A DNA stretch of 64,000 nucleotides from Candidatus Izemoplasmatales bacterium (GCA_050177605.1 JBFXGX010000001.1:124349-188348); one strand, 5' to 3'; shown: positions 39,529 through 49,217, counted from the first letter of the stretch. Numbers and translations are program-made. The notes: a model not told the origin generated them from the letters alone.

Positions 39529-40762
39529 AGTGTTTAATAACGTTGTATGTTTTCTTGCCTTTACGTAATATTGTATAAGTTTCTCCAATGGCATTTTCTT
39601 TTTTAACGACAAACTCAAGATCGTTTGTCTTTTCACCATTGATGGATATTGCACCGCTTTGAATTAATTCTCTTGATTGTCTTTTTGACGATGCTAATCC
39701 AACCGCAATCAATACATCCACAAGTAATGTATCTTCACTGATTTCATTCATTGGAAACTCTTTAAAAGCTACTTTTATTTCAGGAACAGTTAGCTCTTTT
39801 ACATTCCCACTGAACAATGCATCGGTAATCTTGATGGCTTCTTTTAATGCTTCTTCGCCATGAACCATTTTTGTGATTTCCTCCGCAAGTCTTTTTTGTG
39901 CAAACCTTAAATGAGGTTCCTTTACAAAAGCACTTTCAATCTCTTCGATTTCTTCGTGAGATAGGAATGTGAATTGTTTAATTCGCTTCATCACATCATC
40001 ATCTGCAGTATTAATCCAAAATTGGTAAAATTCATAAACACTTGTCTTTTCAGGATCAAGCCATACTGCTCCAGATTCTGATTTACCAAATTTCGTCCCA
40101 TCCGATTTCGTCACAAGTGGGAAAGTAAATCCAAATGCTTCACTTTCTGATCCGTGAACTTTACGAATAAGTTCTAATCCAGAAGTGATGTTTCCCCATT
40201 GATCTTGACCACCAATTTGCATAACACAATGATCGGTTTTAAACAAGTGTTCGAAATCCCAAGCTTGAATGATTTGATATGAGAACTCTGTAAATGAAAT
40301 ACCATTCTCAATTCTTGACTTCACAGAGTCTTTACTCATCATATAAGAAACATTAAAGTTCTTTCCGATATCTCTTAAAAACTCAATTGCATTTAGCGAA
40401 GATAACCAAGTATAATTATTAACAATTTTTGCATTTGGTAATAATTTAACAACTTGTGCTGTAATTCCTTCAGCGTTTTTAAGTGAGGTTTCGATAGTTA
40501 ATAATGGTCTTTCAGTATTTTTAAAACTAGGGTCTCCAATCAGACCCGTTCCTCCACCAATGACAAGGATTGGTGAGTGACCATAATCGGCTAATCTTTT
40601 CGCGACCATATACGCTAATAAGTGACCTACATGTAGACTATCCGCTGTTGGATCAGCGCCTAAATAAAAGGTCATTTTTTTATCATTTAATGCTGTAGCG
40701 AGTGTTGGGTCGGTTAGTCCATAGACTAAACCTCTCCACGTTAAATCTTCAAATAATTTCAT
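39527..40762 (-). CDS. tyrS: Tyrosine-tRNA ligase
   Basis: DPTADSLHVGH, QIGGQDQWGNI, KFGKS, S4 tail; start set by RBS GGAGGA spacing. Confidence 0.97.
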   Translation of the reverse strand: MKLFEDLTWRGLVYGLTDPTLATALNDKKMTFYLGADPTADSLHVGHLLAYMVAKRLADYGHSPILVIGGGTGLIGDPSFKNTERPLLTIETSLKNAEGITAQVVKLLPNAKIVNNYTWLSSLNAIEFLRDIGKNFNVSYMMSKDSVKSRIENGISFTEFSYQIIQAWDFEHLFKTDHCVMQIGGQDQWGNITSGLELIRKVHGSESEAFGFTFPLVTKSDGTKFGKSESGAVWLDPEKTSVYEFYQFWINTADDDVMKRIKQFTFLSHEEIEEIESAFVKEPHLRFAQKRLAEEITKMVHGEEALKEAIKITDALFSGNVKELTVPEIKVAFKEFPMNEISEDTLLVDVLIAVGLASSKRQSRELIQSGAISINGEKTNDLEFVVKKENAIGETYTILRKGKKTYNVIKH

Positions 40763-40784
40763 TTTCATTTTCCTCCATATGTAA

Positions 40785-41001
40785 TAAAAAAAAGAAAAAT
40801 CGTCCTTCAAAATAAAGGACGATTCTAATTAACCGCGGTACCACCTTTGTTCACCTAAGTGCACTTGGTAAAGATAACGGATTTACCGTCTGATAAACAG
40901 AAACTCCTAAGTGTAATTCAAATTTTAACTTTTCCTGGTTTTCACCTACCACCAGGTCTCTACGACAAAAGGTATAAAATTCTACTTTGCTTAATCAACG
41001 T
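40785..41001 (-). ncRNA. T-box riboswitch (Tyr, specifier UAC)
   Basis: Minus strand: AGAGA/GGTGAAA stem I, GAATTACAC specifier, AAGGTGGTACCGCGG, terminator AATCGTCCTT...AAGGACGATTTTT. Confidence 0.93.
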
Positions 41002-42006
41002 TTATTTAGTTGTATTTCTTTCGACAATGTTATGTGGAAGTACATTAAATTTAACTTCAACAGAATCACCATCAATTTCGCGTTTTAATAACGCCATAGC
41101 TTTCGCACCAATTTCGATAATTGGGACGTCAACACAAGATAATTGTGGACGAGAAAGCGATGCATATTTTGTGTTTTGGAATCCATATACACTGACATCT
41201 TCAGGAATCTTTCTTCCAAGTTCAATTTGAGTATTGATAAAACTTACGGCGATGGAATCACGCACTGCGATGACACCGTCAATTGCAGTGTTTGCTTTAA
41301 ATAATTCTTCAAAGTGAACTGTATTAATCGTGATATCACCTGAAGTACGAACGATATTAGGTTCTAATCCAGCTTCTTTCACTGCTTTCAAATATCCTTC
41401 TTCTTTAAGATCATTCACCATATATTTTCTTGCGGTTGTAAGAAGATAAATATTTTTTCTTCCTTCTTCAACTAGACGTTTTGTCAATTCATAAGCTGCT
41501 TTGAAGTAATCAATACATACCGTGACTAGTTTGTTATCATATGGATATAAAGTATTTGCTAAAACGATTGGAACTTTATATTCATCTTGAATGACATTTA
41601 ACATATTATATTGAACTTCATTGATTTCATCATTTAAGTAAAGAATACCATCAACTTGGCTGGCAACAACTTCTTTTAACATTTCGGATTCGTCTGTTTT
41701 TTCGCTCTTTAAAACATAGATTAATAGTGAATAATCATATTTTCTAGCTTCAACAGCGATACCATTTAGCATTTCCGCAACGGAGGCTCTTGACATATCA
41801 GGAACAATCACTGCAACTGTTGTACTTTTTTTACTTGCTAAACCTTTTGCGAAAGCATTTGGTTTGTATCCAAGTTCTTGGATTACACGTAAAACTCTAT
41901 CTCTCGTTTCTGGTTTAACCTTTTGAGGATTATTGAGTGTTCTTGATACCGTAGCTAATGATACGTTTGCTGCATAAGCAACATTATAAATGGTGGCTTT
42001 GTTCAT
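41002..42006 (-). CDS. ccpA: LacI family regulator, CcpA-like
   Basis: TIYNVAYAANVSLATVSR, YKPNAFAKGLASKKSTT, SQVDGI, SRPQLS resemble Bacillus CcpA; cre-like site on its own promoter. Confidence 0.8.
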   Translation of the reverse strand: MNKATIYNVAYAANVSLATVSRTLNNPQKVKPETRDRVLRVIQELGYKPNAFAKGLASKKSTTVAVIVPDMSRASVAEMLNGIAVEARKYDYSLLIYVLKSEKTDESEMLKEVVASQVDGILYLNDEINEVQYNMLNVIQDEYKVPIVLANTLYPYDNKLVTVCIDYFKAAYELTKRLVEEGRKNIYLLTTARKYMVNDLKEEGYLKAVKEAGLEPNIVRTSGDITINTVHFEELFKANTAIDGVIAVRDSIAVSFINTQIELGRKIPEDVSVYGFQNTKYASLSRPQLSCVDVPIIEIGAKAMALLKREIDGDSVEVKFNVLPHNIVERNTTK

Positions 42007-42042
42007 AGGACTCAACCCTTTCTTATTTCATTTATCTAGTTT

Positions 42043-42071
42043 ATTTTACCATTAAAAGTTAGCGGTTTCAA
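42043..42071 (-). promoter_or_regulatory. ccpA promoter with overlapping cre site
   Basis: TTGAAA-17-TAAAAT (extended TG); TGAAACCGCTAACT at 42057-42070 matches the cre consensus TGWAANCGNTNWCW. Confidence 0.7.
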
Positions 42072-42153
42072 TAATTTTGACTGAAATTATGAAAATTTTT
42101 TCATTTGTTCATAAAAAAGAAAAAAGGCTAGCGAAATCGCTAACCATTTTAGA

Positions 42154-42501
42154 CTATCTTCTTTCTTTAATACGTGATGCTTTTGCAGATAATCCTCTAA
42201 TGTATCCTAGGTGTGCTCTTCTTACTTTACCGAAACGAACCACTTCAATTTTGTCAATTGCAGGGGAATGTACTGGGAAAGTTCTTTCAACGCCGATACC
42301 GTAAGAAATCTTTCTTACAGTGAAAGTTTCGCTGACGCCTCCACCTTGTTTTTTGATACATAGACCTTCGAACGCTTGGATACGTTCACGGTTTCCTTCT
42401 TTGATTTTTACAGATACCTTTACAGTATCTCCAGGACGGAAACTAGGTACGTCACTCTTAATATATTCTTGAGTAACTTGATTAATTAATTGCTGCGACA
42501 T
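42154..42501 (-). CDS. rplS: 50S ribosomal protein L19
   Basis: [34 protein letters not shown]; start MSQQLI after RBS AAGGAG. Confidence 0.98.
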   Translation of the reverse strand: MSQQLINQVTQEYIKSDVPSFRPGDTVKVSVKIKEGNRERIQAFEGLCIKKQGGGVSETFTVRKISYGIGVERTFPVHSPAIDKIEVVRFGKVRRAHLGYIRGLSAKASRIKERR

Positions 42502-42523
42502 GTTGGTCAACTCCTTTTTTCTG

Positions 42524-42553
42524 CTTTTGTTCACTCCCGAGTCGGAACAAAAG
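42524..42553 (-). ncRNA. Putative L19 ribosomal leader hairpin
   Basis: CTTTTGTTCCGACTCGGGAGTGAACAAAAG (TGTTCCG...TGAACA core of Firmicutes L19 leaders) between a TGTTATAAT promoter and the rplS RBS. Confidence 0.65.
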
Positions 42554-42607
42554 GGTTCTATATATTCTTTACAGCGAAAAGTATTATAACATACAAATTC
42601 AATAAAA

Positions 42608-43294
42608 TCAATCTTTTTTGACTGGTTTTTCGAGTAAATCTGGGCGTCTTTCCTCTGTCCTTTTTAAAGATTCTTCTTTACGCCATTTTTCAATTTCTTG
42701 GTGGTTCCCGCTAACAAGAACATCCGGTACTTTCAGTCCTCTAAATTCCTGAGGACGTGTATATTGAGGATACTCTAATTGACCATCATAAAAAGAGTCT
42801 TGTTCAAAAGATTCCTTTTTTCCTAAGGCATCTGGTAATAGTCGAATCACAGAATCCATCACTGCCATCGCAGCAATTTCTCCGCCAGTAAGCACAAAAT
42901 CACCTACAGATAATTCTTGATTGACAAACAACCTTATTCTTTCATCAAATCCTTCATAATGACCACATATTAAAATTAAATGATCTATGTTTGATAAATC
43001 ATTTGCAAGTGATTGACGATAAGGAACTCCTTGTGGGGTTAATAAGACTTTATGTGCTTTTTCGTATCCTTCGATACTTTCAAGAGCAGCAACAATAGGT
43101 TCAACACTGAGTAGCATCCCAGCTCCACCACCAAATGGATAGTCATCTACCTTTTTATGTTTGTTGGTTGAAAATTCACGAAAATCGATGATATTGATTG
43201 TGACAATCTCTTTTTCAATGGCTCTTTTGATGATTGAACTTTTCAACATGCCCTCAAACATTTCTGGAAACAATGACAGAATTGTTATTTTCAT
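42608..43294 (-). CDS. trmD: tRNA (guanine37-N1)-methyltransferase
   Basis: [35 protein letters not shown]. Confidence 0.97.
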   Translation of the reverse strand: MKITILSLFPEMFEGMLKSSIIKRAIEKEIVTINIIDFREFSTNKHKKVDDYPFGGGAGMLLSVEPIVAALESIEGYEKAHKVLLTPQGVPYRQSLANDLSNIDHLILICGHYEGFDERIRLFVNQELSVGDFVLTGGEIAAMAVMDSVIRLLPDALGKKESFEQDSFYDGQLEYPQYTRPQEFRGLKVPDVLVSGNHQEIEKWRKEESLKRTEERRPDLLEKPVKKD

Positions 43295-43794
43295 AATAGA
43301 CCCTCTATCAAAGCTATTTCAAGACAACGTTTTTCAAGATCAAGACTTGTCACAAACTCATCTCGAAATGGAATCAGTGCCGTACTTTGATCTTTCTTCA
43401 AAATCAGTAAGTAATCACCTTGAGGATAAGTTTTAATTTCTTTCACGACACCTTGTTCTTCGTTCCCTTGATATACTTTTAATCCAATGAGTTCATCTAC
43501 GTGATACTCATTGTCTCTTTTATTTTTAATTGGCAAATCTTCGCTATATAATTCAAGTCCAACGAGAGATTCAACTAAATTGATATCTTCATATCCTTCA
43601 AAGACTAATAAATCAACGCCCTTTAATACTTTATAAGAACGAACAAACAGAGGAATCATTTGATCCTCTTTTTTAATATACACTGCTCTTTTCTTTCCAT
43701 AGCGTTCTTCTTGGAAGTCCGTATCTGACAATACCTTAACTTCTCCCTTGAGTCCTCGTGTTGAAACAATTTTACCTATATAGCGATATTTCAT
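43291..43794 (-). CDS. rimM: Ribosome maturation factor RimM
   Basis: [38 protein letters not shown] overlap with trmD. Confidence 0.93.
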   Translation of the reverse strand: MKYRYIGKIVSTRGLKGEVKVLSDTDFQEERYGKKRAVYIKKEDQMIPLFVRSYKVLKGVDLLVFEGYEDINLVESLVGLELYSEDLPIKNKRDNEYHVDELIGLKVYQGNEEQGVVKEIKTYPQGDYLLILKKDQSTALIPFRDEFVTSLDLEKRCLEIALIEGLL

Positions 43795-43803
43795 AATGAC
43801 CTC

Positions 43804-44706
43804 TTATTTCTTTGACATCCACTTTTTAGGGGTGCGGTCTACATTATAGATTCCCCAATGTTTTTCAGGTTCAATTGGATTGGTAGAACCTTTCCATGGT
43901 TCATCAAACGCTTCGAAAATAAACATCGGAACCTGATTTTTAGAAGCCCACTCTTCTACTTGAGTTAAATAAGCATCTTGGTTTTCTTCATTTGTTTGAG
44001 TAGAATCCATTTGCTCGTTAGACATCGTCGCCCAGCCAAACTCAGTAAAAATAATTTGTTTATCTGGATAAGCTAATCTATTTTCTTCATAATCAAAAAT
44101 GTTCACATCTAACGCTTCTTGAATGTTTTTTCTTGCCCATAAAGGATAAGAATGAATCGAGATGAAATCCACATATTCAGCGATTTCTTTCCCTTTTGTT
44201 TTCCAATAATATGCGCCTTCACAGAAGGTGACTGGAGCAGTGATTTTCTCTTTTAAATACTTTGCATGAAGAGCAACTGTATGTGGATCCATTAAGTTTG
44301 AATGCCAATCAGAAGTACATTCGTTTCCAACTGATACAGCGAGTACAATACTAGGATATTGATTTGCTAGAGCTGCAGCAGCGTCAAGTTGACGATAATT
44401 ATTTTCTTTATTAAATTCAATTTCTTCATCAGAATGAAGTCCTCCCCAAGGGCAATTCGGATTCGATATTTCGCCCCCTGGTTCAACCCCTAACATTACT
44501 TTCAAATTGATTTTATTTTCATGAATTACTTGAAGAACTGTTTGAGCATGATGTGATACATCATACATTCGAATATAAGAAAAGTTCTTCTCCAAAATTA
44601 ATAAATCTTCTTTCACTTCATCATACGATGGATAGATATGATCTCTAGGACTTTGTCCTGTTCTATACCCCGAGTAACATACTGCATTTTTGTATTCTAT
44701 AATCAT
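43804..44706 (-). CDS. Glycoside hydrolase family 17 protein (beta-1,3-glucanase-like), no signal peptide
   Basis: CYSGYR, IRMYD, VSVGNE (acid/base), FTEFGW (nucleophile), FEAFDEPWK, EKHWG. Confidence 0.85.
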   Translation of the reverse strand: MIIEYKNAVCYSGYRTGQSPRDHIYPSYDEVKEDLLILEKNFSYIRMYDVSHHAQTVLQVIHENKINLKVMLGVEPGGEISNPNCPWGGLHSDEEIEFNKENNYRQLDAAAALANQYPSIVLAVSVGNECTSDWHSNLMDPHTVALHAKYLKEKITAPVTFCEGAYYWKTKGKEIAEYVDFISIHSYPLWARKNIQEALDVNIFDYEENRLAYPDKQIIFTEFGWATMSNEQMDSTQTNEENQDAYLTQVEEWASKNQVPMFIFEAFDEPWKGSTNPIEPEKHWGIYNVDRTPKKWMSKK

Positions 44707-44838
44707 CAATAAATCCTCCTACTAACATCCACAATTTTATCATAGAAATTCGTTTTATTCAATCAAAAACAAGTGTTTAAAAAAGAAAACCTCACCAATA
44801 AAAACTGGTAAGGTTATTTTCCTAAAGAAGTATTCTTT

Positions 44839-46053
44839 TTATGCGTTTACTGAAATTTCTCCAGCTTTTTTAAGTGTTAACTTCGTCACAACAGGTCCAA
44901 TTAATTCATAAATCAAGACTGTAGCTAGAATGATAACTCGAATCCGATCACCTAAAATACTGTCGACCCCAAACATTGCGGCTGCGGCAATACTTAACCC
45001 AATCGAAACTCCTTCTTGTGGTATTAAGGTATATCCTAAATATTTAGCAACAGTTTTTGGAGATTTTCCAAGCTTCGCACCAAACCAAGCACCAAATACC
45101 TTTCCACCGACTCTAAATAATGCATAAATTATTCCGATAATGCCAATGGAAGTGAGTATTGATAAATCTAATTCTGCACCACTCAGGACAAAGAACATAA
45201 CAAAGATTGGTGGCGTAACAAAATAGATAAGTCCATTTACTTCTTCGTATTTCGTCGATAAATTAGCAAATACTCCACCAACAATCATACATGATAATAA
45301 TGCAGATCCTCCAAGATATTCACCTAAGTAGATTGTAAGGAAAATGACTGCGATTACTAATGAAATTCGATTTCCTCTTCCTGTAAACCATTTCGTACCA
45401 AAGTGAACAACAAGTCCAAAGAATGCACCAACACCAATTGAAATCAAAATTTCAAAGAAAGGTGCCATAATTTGAGCAAACACAGAGCTATGTACAGCGA
45501 GTGGGTCGATAGCATTGGCAATAGAAACTAAAATACCGAAGAGTACAATCGCAACTGAATCATCAATTGCAACAACGCTTAATAATGTTTCTGTTAACGG
45601 TCCCTTTGCTTTATATTGTCTGACTACCAAGAGCGTGGATGCTGGAGCTGTCGCTGCAGCAATTGCCGAAAGCACTAAAGCAAATCGAATGTTTTCAATA
45701 GTCATTTGATTCGATAGTGCAAAGTAAATTAATAACATTCCTAAAACGAACAATACGCCAAAGAACGCTTCGAAGAATGCAATGATAATTGGTCCGGGAC
45801 CAACTTTTTTGAAATAAGAAATTTTAAATTCATTTCCAATGGAAAAAGCAATAAATCCTAAAGCAATTGTAGATATAATTTCGAGGCCGGAAAACATCGA
45901 TTCATCGAGTAATCCAAGGACGCTAGGTCCGACAATTAATCCGCCAATTAAGTAACCAGTGACATTTGGTAACTTTACATACTTTGCTAATTTGCCAAAT
46001 AGCAAACCAGTTGCAATCATGATTCCTGCATATAATAAAGGTAAAACAGCCAA
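44839..46053 (-). CDS. Cation:proton antiporter (CPA2/KefB-like, no RCK domain)
   Basis: About 12 TM helices; LPNVTGYLIGGLIVGP, ATAPA, VAIDD, FFVLSG; TTG start with RBS AGGAG. Confidence 0.85.
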   Translation of the reverse strand: MAVLPLLYAGIMIATGLLFGKLAKYVKLPNVTGYLIGGLIVGPSVLGLLDESMFSGLEIISTIALGFIAFSIGNEFKISYFKKVGPGPIIIAFFEAFFGVLFVLGMLLIYFALSNQMTIENIRFALVLSAIAAATAPASTLLVVRQYKAKGPLTETLLSVVAIDDSVAIVLFGILVSIANAIDPLAVHSSVFAQIMAPFFEILISIGVGAFFGLVVHFGTKWFTGRGNRISLVIAVIFLTIYLGEYLGGSALLSCMIVGGVFANLSTKYEEVNGLIYFVTPPIFVMFFVLSGAELDLSILTSIGIIGIIYALFRVGGKVFGAWFGAKLGKSPKTVAKYLGYTLIPQEGVSIGLSIAAAAMFGVDSILGDRIRVIILATVLIYELIGPVVTKLTLKKAGEISVNA

Positions 46054-46064
46054 AATAATCGCTC

Positions 46065-46400
46065 CTACTTCTTTAACCCATCGATATAGTCGATAGGTAC
46101 CGTAAATACAATTCCTGTATTCGGTTGAGATAAGTCTCCAGCAACCTGATGAACAATATCAAGTGCTACTGGTACTTGTGCGTCTTCAAGTGCCATTAAG
46201 ATAACTTTTGATTCTACTCTAGGATTATCAAATAGTTTTTTTAACGATCCGATAAATTCCATATCGTCGTTTTCAATCAATTTGCGAGCCATACCTGTTC
46301 CGTTTAAGATGGTCGCACCTTTAATATCTTTTTCTTTTAATTCGTGCAAAAATGTGTCTAATTTTGAAGTGTTATTCATTACATAAACAACTAATTTCAT
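46065..46400 (-). CDS. PII-like (GlnB fold) small protein
   Basis: 111 aa; GATILNGTGM and GDLSQPNTGIVFTVPI resemble the PII T-loop base and B-loop; own promoter TTGACA-16-TATAAT at 46427-46454. Confidence 0.7.
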   Translation of the reverse strand: MKLVVYVMNNTSKLDTFLHELKEKDIKGATILNGTGMARKLIENDDMEFIGSLKKLFDNPRVESKVILMALEDAQVPVALDIVHQVAGDLSQPNTGIVFTVPIDYIDGLKK

Positions 46401-46468
46401 CTCTTCATCTCCTCATTAACATTTTCATTATACTCTTGAAATTTGAATTGTCAAGCATCATGAAACGT

Positions 46469-47248
46469 TTACATTATTTTTTGATATGCCCACATTAAAA
46501 ACCCTTCAAAACGTACTTGCCAAAAGAGTTCTGTATGCGATGCTTTAGGATCAATTACCATTTTAATATTGTTTCTATTTTGTAATTTTCGACGCAAAAT
46601 TACATTTGTTTTTATGAGCGGAAATAGATACTGAACTGAAAAGCATTTCGTTTCTTTCATTCCCATATCATGATAAATTCTTTGTGTACTACCGACATTC
46701 CATTTTCGAATCATTTGAAAGAATGAACGTCCAATGATGTGGTATGCAGGAGAAAAAGCACCAATGATTTCAAATACTTCTGGATACCTCGCTCCCATAT
46801 AATAGGAGATGTTTCCGCCACATGAACTACCTGCGACGCCTCTTTTAGAAGGTATCGTAGAATAATGACTTTCCACGAAAGGTACGATGACTTTCACGAT
46901 AAAATCACTAAAGATTTCTCCCTCAGGAAGGACTTCTTTATCTTTAAAATATTTTTTAGCACTGTTTGATATATCATTTGAATATTCTTCTATACGACAC
47001 TGACTATCATTGTCAATCCCTACAATAATGATTGGATCAATTTTTCCTTCATCGATAAGTCTGGAAGTGGTTGAAATAATGTCCCATGAATACCCGCTAT
47101 AGGGTGCTTCATCCACCAAATTTTGACCATCATGCATGTAGAGGACAGCACAAGGATTATTTGTTTCGGGTACATATACACTGATTCTTCTTTTACGATT
47201 CCCAAGTTTATCAATTTGAAACTCATGTACAAAAGTATGAAAATTCAT
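46469..47248 (-). CDS. Alpha/beta hydrolase (esterase family)
   Basis: VLYMHDGQN, IIVGID, GSSCGG nucleophile elbow, HTELFW. Confidence 0.85.
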   Translation of the reverse strand: MNFHTFVHEFQIDKLGNRKRRISVYVPETNNPCAVLYMHDGQNLVDEAPYSGYSWDIISTTSRLIDEGKIDPIIIVGIDNDSQCRIEEYSNDISNSAKKYFKDKEVLPEGEIFSDFIVKVIVPFVESHYSTIPSKRGVAGSSCGGNISYYMGARYPEVFEIIGAFSPAYHIIGRSFFQMIRKWNVGSTQRIYHDMGMKETKCFSVQYLFPLIKTNVILRRKLQNRNNIKMVIDPKASHTELFWQVRFEGFLMWAYQKIM

Positions 47249-47967
47249 TAGATCACCATAAAGAATAAACTTAGTGCTATTAAATATTGTGCTAGATAAT
47301 AGGTAACTAGATTTAGTGTCTTAAATCCTTTCGTCTCTTTATTATTATAATAGATTTGAGATAGTATTAAATCTGATACTGCAAAGAGAATAGATCCAAT
47401 CAAAATAGTAATTCTAAATGGCGCGTCTGTTAAATGAGAAAAACCAAATAAAATTTGTCCAACAAAGAAAAATAGAATAAATGAATAAACAACCGAAGGA
47501 ATCAAAAGGGTTCCAAATTTCGTATGAATTTTTTTCGCAAACAAAAAGATGAGGGTTGTAACCACGACACTAAAAAACAAAGGGTACCAACTGAATGGAA
47601 TGTATTCTATCATCGCTCTGATATAAAATAGATGCCCAAATAGAAAAGACATGGTTCCAAGCATAATGATTTTATTATTCTTATCTTTTGGTAATAAACT
47701 TCTTAATGCTAAGACCAAATCTCCTAAAAAACCAAATCCGAGTCCAATTCCAATGTACACAAAGAATCGTTCATAGGTGATGATAGAAAGCGTTACTCTA
47801 GGTTCTAGCAAATAAAATAAAAATGACATCAATAGGAAAATAAAGAAAAACAAACTACTTAAGCCTTTAAAAAAGAAGGCATGCAAGTATCTTTCTTTCC
47901 ATTCATAATATAAAAAAACAAATAAGACAATCGCTGCAGCAATCATTGAAATAATAATATTCGTCAT
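47248..47967 (-). CDS. YhhN/TMEM86 lysoplasmalogenase family membrane protein
   Basis: KGLSS, GDLVL, FLFGHLFY, LFAVSD, TYYLAQ; TAATG coupling to the esterase. Confidence 0.82.
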   Translation of the reverse strand: MTNIIISMIAAAIVLFVFLYYEWKERYLHAFFFKGLSSLFFFIFLLMSFLFYLLEPRVTLSIITYERFFVYIGIGLGFGFLGDLVLALRSLLPKDKNNKIIMLGTMSFLFGHLFYIRAMIEYIPFSWYPLFFSVVVTTLIFLFAKKIHTKFGTLLIPSVVYSFILFFFVGQILFGFSHLTDAPFRITILIGSILFAVSDLILSQIYYNNKETKGFKTLNLVTYYLAQYLIALSLFFMVI

Positions 47968-48084
47968 TGATATCTCCTTTCCAATACATAAATTCATTAT
48001 AACAGTTCAAGATAAAGATAGAAATACTTTGTAATAAAGAAATATATAGTATAATAGATTTATCACAAAAAAAGAGGTGTCTAT

Positions 48085-49215
48085 ATGTTAAAACGAATAT
48101 TAAAAATCTTCTTAATTCTTTTTTCTGCAGTTCTCGTCTTTGCGATTGGATTTATCTTAACGCTTCAAATATTTGAATACACGCCAGATGGCGTTACATC
48201 CTTACAGATATCAAACAACCTTGAGAACGTAACCACAAACTACGTTACGCTCGATGAAACTATTAAAATTGTGACATTTAATACTGGCTATGCTTCATTA
48301 AGTGCAACAGAAGATTTCGTTATGGATGGCGGCGAAAAAGGTCGAATGGATTCTAAAGAGGAAGTTGAAGCGAATATCACAGGAATTACAAATACACTAC
48401 TTGCTCAAAATGCGGATATTTATTTGCTTCAAGAAGTAGACCAAGATAGTAATCGTTCTTACGATACCGATCAGCTTGGCAGTTATAGTGATGCACTCAA
48501 TATGCCAATTACATTAGGATATAACTACCGAGTCATTTTTGTTCCCTTTCCTTTTAAATTTGGACAGATGATGGGGACCGTTAATTCAGGAATCGTCACT
48601 TTTGCAAACTATTATATTGATTCTGCAGATAGAATACAATTACCTGGTAGTTTTGCTTGGCCAGTAAGTCTCGCCAATTTAAAAAGATGTATCACTGTTC
48701 ATACATTGCCGATTGAAGGTAGTGATAAATCATTGATATTAATCAATGTCCATTTAAGTGCCTATGATGATGGTTCAATGAGACTTCAAGAAATGGAAAC
48801 CTTAAAGCAAATCATGCAAGATGAAACTGAAAAAGGTAACTATGTGATTGTCGGCGGTGATTTTAATCAAACCTTCCCTGATGCTTTAGTTTCGTCGAAT
48901 ACAACTGGCGATACAACCACCTATGAATATCTATATCCTTTAAAAGACCCAAGTCTTTGGCAAGCATATCCGATGGAACGGGATTGGTTTATTGAACATG
49001 GATTTACCTTCGGTGTAGACACTTCTACTCCGACTTGCCGACTATTAAATCAACCATATGACAGTGTAAACCATGAAAATAATCAATATTATGTTATCGA
49101 TGGATTCATCGTATCAAACAATGTTACAATTGAAAATGTTGAAACACTCAATTTGGATTTTGTAAATAGTGACCACAATCCAGTCGCAATTGAAGTTCAT
49201 TTAAACGCTGAATAA
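48085..49215 (+). CDS. Membrane-anchored endonuclease/exonuclease/phosphatase (EEP) family protein
   Basis: N-terminal TM; TFNTG, LQEVD, NVHLS, GGDFN, IDGF, SDH. Confidence 0.88.
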   Translation: MLKRILKIFLILFSAVLVFAIGFILTLQIFEYTPDGVTSLQISNNLENVTTNYVTLDETIKIVTFNTGYASLSATEDFVMDGGEKGRMDSKEEVEANITGITNTLLAQNADIYLLQEVDQDSNRSYDTDQLGSYSDALNMPITLGYNYRVIFVPFPFKFGQMMGTVNSGIVTFANYYIDSADRIQLPGSFAWPVSLANLKRCITVHTLPIEGSDKSLILINVHLSAYDDGSMRLQEMETLKQIMQDETEKGNYVIVGGDFNQTFPDALVSSNTTGDTTTYEYLYPLKDPSLWQAYPMERDWFIEHGFTFGVDTSTPTCRLLNQPYDSVNHENNQYYVIDGFIVSNNVTIENVETLNLDFVNSDHNPVAIEVHLNAE

Positions 49216-49217
49216 AT

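Noticed and set aside
15590..40865. Repeated CGYGGTACCACCTTTGTTC at about 15594, 25811 and 40834
   Set aside because: These are the conserved T-box antiterminator motifs, not CRISPR repeats or mobile-element ends.
40859..41230. 123-aa + strand ORF over the tyrS leader
   Set aside because: It overlaps the T-box and the ccpA 3' end in antisense; those features explain the sequence.
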